IMG/VR virus record: IMGVR_UViG_651703056_000001 | Location: 50,769 to 114,768 of that record | Source of the DNA: a virus | Lineage: Duplodnaviria; Caudoviricetes | Direction: 5' to 3' (one strand) | DNA length: 64,000 nucleotides | Shown here: in pieces, positions 37,601 to 47,080 of the stretch | Layout: the number at the start of each line of letters is the position of its first letter | How positions within the stretch are numbered: the stretch's first letter is position 1 | Made by a program: the position numbers and the translations under genes | The notes under the pieces: model-generated | What the model was told of the DNA's origin: nothing | Databases searched by the model: none | What the model saw: the letters and a program-made list of their open reading frames with translations, nothing else

Positions 37601-40600
37601 TGGTGAGTGAATACCTAATGCTGATTTGAATCTTGTTACCATGTCATCTGCAAGTCTTTGTAGAGGGCTTGAAGCTGAACTCATGTTGTCACTAATACCC
37701 TTACCAATCTGAGCAGGGATTGTACTTGCAATTCCATATAGTCCAGCAGTTCCAGCACGCAAAGCATGTTGCATAGCTGTTGACATATTATTAACTGCAC
37801 TGACGGAACTAGCACCCATCTCTCGTATTTCACGAACGACATTTTGTCTAGTCCATTCACCACGAGAAACAATATTTTGTGTTCCGCTATTCCAGCTACC
37901 AACCATTGAAGATGTAGTTTGACTTATTATAGATGGCAATGTTTGTCTTACGGTATTCCAAATTCCAGTCAAAGATTGCACTACCGCAATAGATGTATTT
38001 TGATAGTTAATAAGTGAACTTGCATCAAACACCATTTGTGCATTTGCTTGAGCTATCGCAGTCGCAACCATTCCTCCGAAACTAGAAAGTATTTCAGAAA
38101 CTTCGTTCATTTTGGTTTGAACTTGACTTTTTAAGTTATCAAGAGAGCTAGTGTCTACATTTCCAATTCTTAAACTAGAAGATAGAACTCCTTTAATATA
38201 CCCCATATCACCTGATAAAGCATTCTTCATTCTTGTTGATTGAGCAACAATTTCATCAACTCTTTTTGCAAAGTCTTCTGGCAAATCAAATGAACCTTTG
38301 ACTGAAAATGAGATAGAGCCAGCTTTTGATTTTATATTATCAATTGCTGTTGAAGCTTCGCCAGCTCTCTTAGCAATATCTGCTAATTGTCCAGCTAAAG
38401 TTTGAACTAAAGGAGATTTTCCTAAAACATTTGTATCTAAGAGATTACCTGTTGCACCAGTTTGATTTTCTATAGATTCAATCAATCTGCTCAAAGCTCC
38501 AGATTTATCTTGAAGGTCTTCAACCGAAGTTTTAGCTTGACTCAAATTATCTAAGTCCACTGGTAAAACCGCTGTTTTAAAAGTTATAGGGGTTTCAGCT
38601 TTTTTAGTGATACTATTGATTGTTTCTGTAACAGGGTTGAGTCCTAATGTATCACCTTGAGCTTTGACTGTTACAGTTGTCCCATCACTTTGTTTAAGTG
38701 TATCTGTTTTTTTCTGTGCCTCATCTACAGAACTACTATCTACATTAACTTTTCCTTCTGTTGTTTGTCCAGCAGAATCGTGTAATTTATCTGAGGAATC
38801 TTTAGCTCCGTCAATTTTACCTTTAGCTTCATCAGCTTTCTGCCCTGCTGTAGTAAATAAAGTATATTCCTGTCCATTTAGATTTACTTTGTAGGTAAAT
38901 CCATCTACTTCATTACCAGTTTGAACAAGTTTACCGCCTAATGCTTCAATCTCTTTGTTTGCTTCCACCATCCAAGTGTTTTGCTCACCTTTTTGATTTA
39001 AAGCAAATTGTAGCTTACCTTGCTTATCTATAACTGTTTCAATATGGTCTCCAATATACCCGTATTGAGTAGATATTCCAGAAATCCATTGTTGTAGTGC
39101 ACCTTGGTCATCTGGAGCTTGTTGTAATTTTTTAAAGTTGTCAGATAAGAATCCAGTTGCCATCTGTACTTTATCGAGAGAATTTCCTGTTGCATCAGCA
39201 GCACCTGATAACTCATACAAAATTCTGACATTATTGTTTGCGTCTTTGAATCCAATAGACATAGCACCCGTTGTTTTATCTTTTACAACTTGAAGTTTAT
39301 CTCCATATTTTTCCACCAAACCATTTAATTGGTCAAAATAAGATAATTTAGAACCATCGAGTAATTGAAAACTTTTAACAAACTTACCACTAGCATCAGT
39401 TGTTATAGAAAATTGACCCTGTAATTGATTGAGATTTTCTTGTAATCCATTGAATAAATTATTTTCAGTATTTGTATCAGTTGGATTTTTTGTCATCTCA
39501 TCAATAGCTTTTTTTAATTCTCCTGCATGTTTATCTACTTCTTCCTTATTTCCTTTTAAAGAGAAGATAAGTTGAGAGTTTACATCAGTCACTCCTTTTT
39601 TAGCATAAGACAACATTGTTTGAAGTATATTAAATGCTTCCTGAGACATATCGGGAAAGGCTTCCCTTAATTTATCTGCTGGCATATTTGCTAGAGCTGA
39701 AATCTCTGGAGCAGATTTACCATTCATCGCTTTATATGCTTCATATATTTCTGTTGTTTTATTTCGTATTTGGTCAGAAGCAATACCTGTTTTTGCAGAT
39801 AATTCATTTATTCTTGCTGTAACATCAGCTGAGCTGTTAAATACATCGATATTCAACCCTTTTAAAGATGATAAGTATTCTAGTTTACTACTGACATCTT
39901 CCGACTCTCCATCTTTCAACCCTAAGAGTTCTTTTTGTGCATCTATAGCCTGATATGTTGAATTAGTCATATTGTCAACATCATCAGAATATGACGTTAA
40001 AGCATCTGATGCTATTTGAGCTTGAATTTTTTGATTACCTAATTCAGTACCAAGTTCCATAGTATATCTCTTGGCATCATTTGTTGAGAATCCTAGATTT
40101 TCTAGTTTGGTAATAAAATCAGCTGTATTAAAATCTTTAGAATTAGAAGCCATCTCTGAAATAGCAGAGGATAACATTTTAATCTGTTCTGGTGCTTTTC
40201 CTGATTTTTTAGTCGCATCACTCATTGATGCACCTACTCTATCAAGAAGTGCTACTGCCTTTTCGCCACCACTTCCACCTATGCTAGAAACCTGTTTGTA
40301 AGCCTCGGTAACTGCTGTACCAAATTCTTTAACTTTACCTTTTAGATTTTCTTGAGACTTAGCGTAATCTTTTGATAATTCTTTACTATCAACAGAATAT
40401 TGGTTTATCTTAGCAAAGGAATCAATCATTCCTTTTCCTGCTTCCGATACTCCTTTCATAGCCCCTTTTGATGTTAACCAAGCTTGTGTGTTTTCAGATA
40501 TTTTTGTTGCATTATCTGCTAATTGTTTTGATATTTTACTTTTAGACTCGGTTATTTCCAAATCCATAGTTTTTATTTGATTTGGAATTTGTCCACTTCT

Positions 40601-43600
40601 ATCATCACCGCTATCTAATACTTTTTGAAGAGTCTTTATTTCTTTACTATAGTATTGTATGTTTTCGTATTCTTTTTTATACTTAGCTTCTCTCTTAGAC
40701 ATATCGTCAGAAAACTTCTTATCATTTTCTTTTAATCTTTCAGCGTTTAATTCTGATGTAGCCTTAGCTTCTTTTTTAATAGCTTCTGTTGTCTTTAAAT
40801 GTGCTTTACCATTGGCATCTGTATATGCTATTGCATTTGGCAAAATGTTGGCAAGTTCTTTTACAGTATTATTGTATTCTTCTTCTTGCTTAGAATCTAA
40901 CTTGCCAGATTCTTTAGCTTTATTTAATTTGTCATATTTAGCAATGATGTCATCAAAATTATTTCCATATTTATTAAATTGTTCAATGGATTTATCTACG
41001 TTTGAGTTGTATTTATTTATTAAGTCTTCTTGATGTTTTTTGGCTTTAATTATCTTTTCTGTAACAAACCCAACCGCAGCCATAAGAGCTGTTAAACCTA
41101 GCGTTACACCTGCTGTAGATGTTGCAAATGTCAACATTGCAGAACCAACACCCTTAAGAGTTGCTTTGGTTGCCATCAGTGATGTCGATAAGAATCCTTG
41201 TGCAGTACCAAGTCCTTTCGTTTCTGTATGAGCTTTTTTCATTTCAGTAACTGTTTTGCTGAATGAGCTATCGAAGCTTTCAAAGATTTTTGTAAAACCT
41301 AGTTTTTCCGACATTCCCATAGCTAATAATTGTACTTCATCACTAAGATACCTAAGAGAATTTTTTGAATCAATACTTTTCTTAGCTACATTGGAAAGAC
41401 TCTTGCTGAGTCCTCCAAAAGTAGAACCTAACAATGTGACAGTTCCAAGCATTGCTGGTAATGCACCAATATTACCAACTAATTTAACTGCGACATCTCC
41501 TAGTTTTGCTAGAGAGTCTATTCCTACCATCATTCCATCAGACAAGAATGCTTTCCCAATAGCTAATGCCAATTCAGTAAAGCGAGTTTTTAATGCATTT
41601 ATTTTCGCTTCGAAAGATTGCATGTAAACTCCTTGTTCTTTCATTGCTGAATTACTAGAATTTAAACCTGCATTTGTTGCATCTAACCCCATTTGCCAGT
41701 TGTTCATATATGCTAAGAAGCGTGACAGTTGATTACGACCTGCAATTGTTACACCAATGTTTTGTTGTTGTTCTTCTGTAAGACCACTCCATTTGCCAGC
41801 CAATTCACCAAGGATATCATTGACAGGTTTCATTTCTACTCCATTCTCACCAATTTTTCGAACAGAGACTCCTACTGAATCTAAAATGTCAATAGAGGGT
41901 TGCATTGTTGTTATGCGTGAATAGATTGTTTTTAAAGAGTTACCAATTATAGCACCAGATTCTTGAGTAACTGCACCGATTGCAGTTGTTGCACCTGCAA
42001 CTTCTTCCATAGAAACCCCAAATGTTTTAGCTGTTCCTCCTGCTTTTGATAGAGATTCGGCAAGTTGTTTGGTTGAGATTGAGTAGTTATTGTCTATTTC
42101 ATTTAATGCATCCACAATATGAAGAGAATCTCCCGCAGATATGTTGAAAGCATTCATCGTTCCGACTAAACTAGAAACCGATTCATCAAGATTCAAATCT
42201 GAAACATTAGACATAATTACAGCTGTCTTTGTTGCAGTTAATAATTGTTGTTCTGATAAATCACCAAAAGTTCGAGAATACTCACCCAATGCATCCAAAA
42301 TATCATGAACGTTATTCCCCAACTCTTTAGACTGCGTTATAGCACCAGTTAGAAGATTATCTGTATTGATTCCTGCACCAGCAACACGTTGGATTTCAAT
42401 CATTTGTTTATCGATTTCCATTATCTCACTACTAATACCCTTAAACCCATTAACAACAGCATATACCCCTTGCATAGATAAGATATAGCCAGGGATGCGC
42501 TTCATTGCAATTCCCATTTGTTCCATAAATCCTAATGATTTATTTTCATTATCTACAATGGCTTTACCAGTCTCTTTGACAGCCATTTGTGTAGCTGTTG
42601 TAGATTTATTTATCTGGAATGTGTATGCTTCAACTGTTTTACCAGTCCCAGCCATTTTAACTTTTACTTCATTTACAGCTTGTCCAAATTGATTTGTTTT
42701 TTCTGTTACCGAAATAGTGTTGACTTCGCCTTGTTTTAATTCTCCAAAATATCTCTTTAAAGCAGAAGTGTCAACTGTTCCACCATTTAAAGCCCCAAAA
42801 ATTCCACTTTGAATATTCTTTAGTTTAGGGTCACTAGCACTAGCACTTATCAATTCAAAGTTACGAATCATATCTTTTTGGTCACGTTTTGCTTCATCTA
42901 ATTCTAGTGATAAAGTCCGACCTAGTTGTTTTACTGCTTCAATAGAAGTTTGCGATGCTTTACCTAATTGGTCAATAGCACTGCTTGCTTCTCCATCACC
43001 ATATTTTCCGATATCTTTTAAGCTTTGAATTAATTTCTCTACAGCACGTTGCTGTTGAGCCATACTAATAACTGCACTTGAATTACTAGAAGCCATTTGA
43101 ATTTCTTTAAGAGAAAGTTGTGCTGTTTTTAACCTCATAATAGATTCTGTTAAATCTTTTACGCTATTAGATTGGTTCTTAGTTGCATTTATTTGAGCAA
43201 GAATATCGCTAGTTCGACTCATTGCTTGTTGTTGATTTGCACCACCAGACATATTGTTTCTGATGCGATTATATTGTGCTTCTGTTTCCTGCAATGATTT
43301 AATGAGTTTTTCACGAGTTCTGAATACTTGTTCGTCACTCTTATATTGTGCTTGCAATGCTTTTAATCTTGAAGATGTCGCATCTAACTGGTGTGAATCC
43401 ATATTGTTTAGATTTGCACCCAACTTCTTAATTTCTGCCGACGCTTTAGAAACATCTGGAATCATTGAAGATATTGTTTGGTTCAAGTTTCTTTGTAATG
43501 CTTCACGTTTTTGTTGTGCAACTACAAGTTCTTTTTCAGCTCTAATAGCTTTATTAAGTGTTTCAATTTCACCAGTGGAGATAAATTTTTGGTCTTTAAG

Positions 43601-44434
43601 TTTGTTGAACATCTCAACGGAATTAGAGTCTTTGAGGTTTGTTTTCAAGACTTTAACAGTTTCACTGAGAGATTCCATTTGTCTACGAGCTTTATTTGTT
43701 TGAGCTTCCATCTTATTGACTTCTGACTCTTTCATCAACTCAAACCCACCAGTATCTTTGAGTTTAAACATAGCTGTATACATTTCGCCAGTTTCTTTTT
43801 TAACTGTCGCTGACATTGTTTCTACATTTGTTGTATAATCACGAAATACTTTAGTTGAAAACTCTCCACCACCAAAAGCTTCTGTCATGTATCTTTTAAC
43901 GTCTGTAAGGTTGTTTTTGATATTGGCTGTAGTCTTATCACTCATGATATTGCCAGCTTCACTATCAGAAACCTCTTTTACTTTTTTAAGAGCTGTTGAA
44001 TAGTCTTTTTCAAAATCATTAATAATCTTTTTGATTTTACCAAGTTCACCTGCAATACGAAGAGCAGAGCCATTGACGTCAACATCAACATCTAACTTGA
44101 TAGGTCTAATGCTAGGAGACTTTTGAATCTTTGCTTGAATTTGTTGAATTTGATTACTTAGGTTTTTAATAGAACTATCAATAGTAACATCTAGTTTGAT
44201 AGCATTTTGAATTGAAGAAGAAGTATTAATTTTGTTTTGTAGTTCTTTAAGTTTAGCATTTATATCTTTGATATTATCTGTTAATTCTACACCAATTTTA
44301 ATAGAGAGGTCTTTATTTCCATTGATTAAAGACTGCAATCCTTTTTTGATTTCTTCTGCCGAACGTTGTTTGTCTATACCAACAGCAATATCTATTTTGT
44401 TGGATTTTAATATTGCTTGTAATTGATTTGCCAA
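34604..44434 (-). CDS. Tape measure protein (3276 aa) with lytic transglycosylase and LysM domains
   Basis: TP901-type TMP core (IGNSLKTIYSR), IHSPSRVF, SLT motif QTESGGNP...KGLMQV and C-terminal LysM HTVVNGDTLWDLA. TTG start after AGGAG. Confidence 0.92.
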   Translation of the reverse strand: MANQLQAILKSNKIDIAVGIDKQRSAEEIKKGLQSLINGNKDLSIKIGVELTDNIKDINAKLKELQNKINTSSSIQNAIKLDVTIDSSIKNLSNQIQQIQAKIQKSPSIRPIKLDVDVDVNGSALRIAGELGKIKKIINDFEKDYSTALKKVKEVSDSEAGNIMSDKTTANIKNNLTDVKRYMTEAFGGGEFSTKVFRDYTTNVETMSATVKKETGEMYTAMFKLKDTGGFELMKESEVNKMEAQTNKARRQMESLSETVKVLKTNLKDSNSVEMFNKLKDQKFISTGEIETLNKAIRAEKELVVAQQKREALQRNLNQTISSMIPDVSKASAEIKKLGANLNNMDSHQLDATSSRLKALQAQYKSDEQVFRTREKLIKSLQETEAQYNRIRNNMSGGANQQQAMSRTSDILAQINATKNQSNSVKDLTESIMRLKTAQLSLKEIQMASSNSSAVISMAQQQRAVEKLIQSLKDIGKYGDGEASSAIDQLGKASQTSIEAVKQLGRTLSLELDEAKRDQKDMIRNFELISASASDPKLKNIQSGIFGALNGGTVDTSALKRYFGELKQGEVNTISVTEKTNQFGQAVNEVKVKMAGTGKTVEAYTFQINKSTTATQMAVKETGKAIVDNENKSLGFMEQMGIAMKRIPGYILSMQGVYAVVNGFKGISSEIMEIDKQMIEIQRVAGAGINTDNLLTGAITQSKELGNNVHDILDALGEYSRTFGDLSEQQLLTATKTAVIMSNVSDLNLDESVSSLVGTMNAFNISAGDSLHIVDALNEIDNNYSISTKQLAESLSKAGGTAKTFGVSMEEVAGATTAIGAVTQESGAIIGNSLKTIYSRITTMQPSIDILDSVGVSVRKIGENGVEMKPVNDILGELAGKWSGLTEEQQQNIGVTIAGRNQLSRFLAYMNNWQMGLDATNAGLNSSNSAMKEQGVYMQSFEAKINALKTRFTELALAIGKAFLSDGMMVGIDSLAKLGDVAVKLVGNIGALPAMLGTVTLLGSTFGGLSKSLSNVAKKSIDSKNSLRYLSDEVQLLAMGMSEKLGFTKIFESFDSSFSKTVTEMKKAHTETKGLGTAQGFLSTSLMATKATLKGVGSAMLTFATSTAGVTLGLTALMAAVGFVTEKIIKAKKHQEDLINKYNSNVDKSIEQFNKYGNNFDDIIAKYDKLNKAKESGKLDSKQEEEYNNTVKELANILPNAIAYTDANGKAHLKTTEAIKKEAKATSELNAERLKENDKKFSDDMSKREAKYKKEYENIQYYSKEIKTLQKVLDSGDDRSGQIPNQIKTMDLEITESKSKISKQLADNATKISENTQAWLTSKGAMKGVSEAGKGMIDSFAKINQYSVDSKELSKDYAKSQENLKGKVKEFGTAVTEAYKQVSSIGGSGGEKAVALLDRVGASMSDATKKSGKAPEQIKMLSSAISEMASNSKDFNTADFITKLENLGFSTNDAKRYTMELGTELGNQKIQAQIASDALTSYSDDVDNMTNSTYQAIDAQKELLGLKDGESEDVSSKLEYLSSLKGLNIDVFNSSADVTARINELSAKTGIASDQIRNKTTEIYEAYKAMNGKSAPEISALANMPADKLREAFPDMSQEAFNILQTMLSYAKKGVTDVNSQLIFSLKGNKEEVDKHAGELKKAIDEMTKNPTDTNTENNLFNGLQENLNQLQGQFSITTDASGKFVKSFQLLDGSKLSYFDQLNGLVEKYGDKLQVVKDKTTGAMSIGFKDANNNVRILYELSGAADATGNSLDKVQMATGFLSDNFKKLQQAPDDQGALQQWISGISTQYGYIGDHIETVIDKQGKLQFALNQKGEQNTWMVEANKEIEALGGKLVQTGNEVDGFTYKVNLNGQEYTLFTTAGQKADEAKGKIDGAKDSSDKLHDSAGQTTEGKVNVDSSSVDEAQKKTDTLKQSDGTTVTVKAQGDTLGLNPVTETINSITKKAETPITFKTAVLPVDLDNLSQAKTSVEDLQDKSGALSRLIESIENQTGATGNLLDTNVLGKSPLVQTLAGQLADIAKRAGEASTAIDNIKSKAGSISFSVKGSFDLPEDFAKRVDEIVAQSTRMKNALSGDMGYIKGVLSSSLRIGNVDTSSLDNLKSQVQTKMNEVSEILSSFGGMVATAIAQANAQMVFDASSLINYQNTSIAVVQSLTGIWNTVRQTLPSIISQTTSSMVGSWNSGTQNIVSRGEWTRQNVVREIREMGASSVSAVNNMSTAMQHALRAGTAGLYGIASTIPAQIGKGISDNMSSASSPLQRLADDMVTRFKSALGIHSPSRVFEELGGYVIAGLSNGLTGGNLKELGKEVFKDFGGGVFDTLDKIKAYVSGDFSALAGAFGGGGGGVAGAGVQQWTGVASQALMMTGQFTPQNLQALLYQMQTESGGNPMAINGWDVNAVNGTPSKGLMQVIDPTFQANKMPGYNNIYSPLDNILASIRYALGRYGSLVNAYSGHGYYNGGFVDTPELAWHGEEGEEAIIPLIPQRRDRGIDLWLQTAQKLGLGSLFGIRGTNGMGALGGGFAGSEGESGSGSSGEGGAGTYVPSITPAIQTMQEFIPVFGESAGNSLDALYHRDTAGLTIDQTQTKIDKSESVLKRLIENTVAYRNQLLGIQNLNKSLLNQQQAQYQAMIRRQNAIAKELEGLRHTNKHTEAQRKRYNELQQEYDTNSGNLWKLETQIENLNNEIRQSDIDIYLDYIADIGNNWDKTIGSIQKAKDALNFKNEKLQYTNPNDVGQQLKIQYDMIEQQQKLELTYKNQVAKYQAEYNNASKKYGASSKQAIEMQKMLEEAQKNYNSAVLDTLKEQKAVADAREKVAQDEVSSLKNYYKQMQTLSKQSTEKELENLKTTHDAKIKSYDDEISKINEVYDAKVKERDSEKAEETYAKKIEDFNAKRADFMQKISLASRDNSLEGKKALADLQKQLTDLNKDITDAQLERQDTLWKEQLDKQKQEQLDQVNKNKDNENTNYDNNVSEINDKSKQIQDYYDKLISDDTSWKNAVDKWNAGDTNVLTQMMNDMQDELSELMSGNGKGIMGTENLSPDDIKSIVGDNLTDVSNIWLSIKDQLTELNSINKNLNDLNASQQKGNNVNNPNYTTGATSSFIAHRDVNPYLPPEPKPASRPARQTGVKATHTVVNGDTLWDLAKKYYGNYYQWTKIQKANGGIDPYRVPIGRKLLIPFDTGGYTGDWFGNQGKVAMLHKKEMVLNKNQTSDILKTVSIVDKTKNQLNDFIKSIQASKSGNSLVVGDMQFNFENYRGDKEGAVRFADEVMDRLKSRR

Positions 44435-44451
44435 GTTTCACTCTCCTTTTA

Positions 44452-45444
44452 TTAAAATAATGCGTCTATCTCATCTTCATCATCTCTTACGATATATATT
44501 TCTGTTGTGCTAGACGAATTATGTCCTAGTAATTGCTGAACAGCTTTGATGTCTTTTCCATCTTCAACAACACTATTAGTTGCCCTAGAGCTTCTAAGTA
44601 AGTGAGGATGAACTTTTTTACCGAGGAATTTACCCCATTGTGTACACCAAGCGTTAAACATGTCTGGTGAAATTTGTTTATATTCACCTGTTTCTTTAGA
44701 ACGAGAAACGAACATGTATTCACAATCATCTTCTCCACGTTCCTCAATCCATTTTTGAAGAGCAACCATAGCATCTTCACCGAATTGGAATTTTCTTATT
44801 TTTCCTGTCTTACCACGACCCTTAGCACGTATGCTGTGGGTCATATAATAGTTTTTCTCGACCCCTTTAGGATTGACATACTTACTGTATCCAACTACTT
44901 CTTTTTTAAGCTGACGTGACTCTTCTCGTCTACAGCCAGTTTGATAAGTGTAAGTAAGATAGGCTAGTTGTTGCCATCTTTTATTATCCATTAAATGTTG
45001 AGTTAATTTTTTAATCTCAGCACTTGTTAATGGAACTTTTTCTTTCTTCTTCTGATTACCAACATTGGGAACAGCCTTTGTAAATATGTTCCGTACATTA
45101 GGATACTCATCAGACCAGAATGCTTCGATGTGTAAATAGAATGCACTCACAACACTTCGTTTAAATTTAATAGCTGAATCACTAAGACCAATGTCTACTA
45201 ATTTATTTTGATATCGCATTGCATCACGAATTTTTAATTTTGTAACAGGTTTATTACCCAGTTCGTCATAAACAAACTTACAAAAGATATATAGACCAGA
45301 TTTATATTGTTTCAAAGTCTGGTCACTCTTTTGTGATTGTCGTAAAAAATCTTCTACTAATTCAACTGTGATAGGGTCTGCAAGTTTCTTAAATTCCTCA
45401 TCTGAGAAACCAAGAATCTTTGCATTTTTTTCGTAAAGTTTCAT
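44452..45444 (-). CDS. Tyrosine recombinase (XerC/D-integrase family)
   Basis: TGCRREE, GK, HPHLLRSSRAT and LLGH..SSTTEIY: all catalytic residues present. Confidence 0.9.
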   Translation of the reverse strand: MKLYEKNAKILGFSDEEFKKLADPITVELVEDFLRQSQKSDQTLKQYKSGLYIFCKFVYDELGNKPVTKLKIRDAMRYQNKLVDIGLSDSAIKFKRSVVSAFYLHIEAFWSDEYPNVRNIFTKAVPNVGNQKKKEKVPLTSAEIKKLTQHLMDNKRWQQLAYLTYTYQTGCRREESRQLKKEVVGYSKYVNPKGVEKNYYMTHSIRAKGRGKTGKIRKFQFGEDAMVALQKWIEERGEDDCEYMFVSRSKETGEYKQISPDMFNAWCTQWGKFLGKKVHPHLLRSSRATNSVVEDGKDIKAVQQLLGHNSSSTTEIYIVRDDEDEIDALF

Positions 45445-45923
45445 TGTTTACCACCCGTCCATTTTATTTCTAATTTTATATTATCAGGTAAAGCTCTGCT
45501 TATTTCAGACTCAACTCTCTCTATGATATGCAATGGTGGTGAATAAGCGAACCTATCAGGTTTAGCACCAAAAGAACCCCAACCATCATTCATTGCCATA
45601 AATACGTTCCGTTTAGCTCCACCTTTGTTGAAATCATATTGTTTCATATAACTGTCTTCAAATTGAACGCTGATTTCAAGAGTACCATCATGTTTTAAAG
45701 CAACCTTTTTATCAAGTTTGATACCTTGACGTGTTCTGCCTGTTCTGACATATTGCTTTGGAGTATATGAATGAAGGTATTCATCCCATTTACTAAGAAA
45801 TGATTTATGCAAGTCTTGACCTAATTTATTTAATTCTTTTTTGTAGTATTTTTTGGCTTCATCTTCAAGTTCTCTTTTTAAAGATTCTACAACCTGATTA
45901 GCCCAAACATCAATATTTTCCAT
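45441..45923 (-). CDS. Putative tail completion/neck protein (HK97 gp10-like)
   Basis: YVRTGR motif; virion module; GGAG RBS before ATG 45923. Confidence 0.55.
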   Translation of the reverse strand: MENIDVWANQVVESLKRELEDEAKKYYKKELNKLGQDLHKSFLSKWDEYLHSYTPKQYVRTGRTRQGIKLDKKVALKHDGTLEISVQFEDSYMKQYDFNKGGAKRNVFMAMNDGWGSFGAKPDRFAYSPPLHIIERVESEISRALPDNIKLEIKWTGGKQ

Positions 45924-46016
45924 TCTTACACTCCAAAACAAAAAAATGATTGAACTAAAAATCCAACCATTTTTTTATTAATCTTTCACTTAAATGTTAG
46001 TTATTTAGTGGTTATC

Positions 46017-46634
46017 TTATTTTTTATTGTCTTTTTCAATTTTTTCAATTTGCAAACGTAAGTCTTCTGTTTTTTTAGTAATTTCATCTGTTTCACGAGA
46101 AATTTTATCTGTAATTTCCTTAACCAAAGATTGAATAGATTCAGGAAGATTTTCAGAAATATCATTAAAAATTCCAACATCCATTAAGTCAATTAAGAAG
46201 TTTTGTTTGTCTTCAATTGTTTCACCGACTTCAAAATCAGAGAATACAGCAAGAAGGTCTGCAATTACGAATGAGCCTGCAATAATGTCAAACTCATTTT
46301 TGAATCCTTCATTTTGTTTGTATAGCTCCATAATGAGACCATCTTTATTTTCATCTTCTGAAAGAAAATATGAAAGAGTTTCTCGAATCTTAGTCTCAAT
46401 TTCTGCTTTTTTACTTTCAGTAGGTACAGTATCAATGTTGTAGTAGAACTCTTCACCATCAATCGTAACTCCAACTTTCATAATTCCACGAGACTTTTTA
46501 ATTTTCGCTTGAATCTGAGCGGGTGTTAAATGTTTAGCTGTTTCTTTTTTGGCTGTAGTTTTAGTAGTTTTAGCTTTGGTAGTTTTTTTAGGTTTTTCCT
46601 CTTGTGTGATGTCAACTATTTTTTTATCTGTCAA
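46017..46634 (-). CDS. Putative tail assembly chaperone
   Basis: Position between MTP and TMP; TTG start with AAGGAG RBS and own promoter. Confidence 0.5.
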   Translation of the reverse strand: MTDKKIVDITQEEKPKKTTKAKTTKTTAKKETAKHLTPAQIQAKIKKSRGIMKVGVTIDGEEFYYNIDTVPTESKKAEIETKIRETLSYFLSEDENKDGLIMELYKQNEGFKNEFDIIAGSFVIADLLAVFSDFEVGETIEDKQNFLIDLMDVGIFNDISENLPESIQSLVKEITDKISRETDEITKKTEDLRLQIEKIEKDNKK

Positions 46635-46664
46635 AGTGATTTCTCCTTTAATTCTTTCTTATTA

Positions 46665-46702
46665 CTATTATACCATAAAATGAGAAGAAGCGCAAATGCA
46701 AA
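46665..46702 (-). promoter_or_regulatory. Tail-module promoter, TTTGCATTTGCGC-type
   Basis: Minus strand TTGCGC-17-TATAAT with TATGGTATAATAG; matches 33714-33751. Confidence 0.7.
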
Positions 46703-47080
46703 CTATGCACTTCCCCCATCTCCTTTTAACTGGGATTCTAATTCCTTTATTCTTTTCTTTAAATATCTATTCTCTTTGGTTAATATTTCAATCTTATCAG
46801 CTAATTCCTTTTCCATCCTATCTTTTTCAGCAATGATTTGAGTCTTATCATACCTTATCGTCATGTTATCATTCTTTAGGATTTCATTCTCTTTTTCAAT
46901 CTTATCAACTCTCTCTACTAAATGGTTGTATCTTTCATCTGATAAATTGATTTGAGTTGTCATTTTATCTATCAAATCATGTTCAGTCGTCTTTCTTGAA
47001 TTGAACTGATTAAATAATAACCCTAAGAGTGCAACACCACCTGCGCCACCAGCCCACTGTAATATATCAATCAGTTTCAT
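46703..47080 (-). CDS. Membrane-anchored coiled-coil protein
   Basis: N-terminal TM (WAGGAGGVALLGLLF) followed by heptad-rich helix. Confidence 0.6.
   Translation of the reverse strand: MKLIDILQWAGGAGGVALLGLLFNQFNSRKTTEHDLIDKMTTQINLSDERYNHLVERVDKIEKENEILKNDNMTIRYDKTQIIAEKDRMEKELADKIEILTKENRYLKKRIKELESQLKGDGGSA

Noticed and set aside
44452-45444. Lysogeny module / prophage boundary
   Set aside because: No repressor, antirepressor, att-like site or host genes flank the recombinase.
46017-46120. Programmed -1 frameshift in the tail chaperone
   Set aside because: The A-run near 46070 is not in X XXY YYZ register, and the next gene has its own RBS after an intergenic gap.
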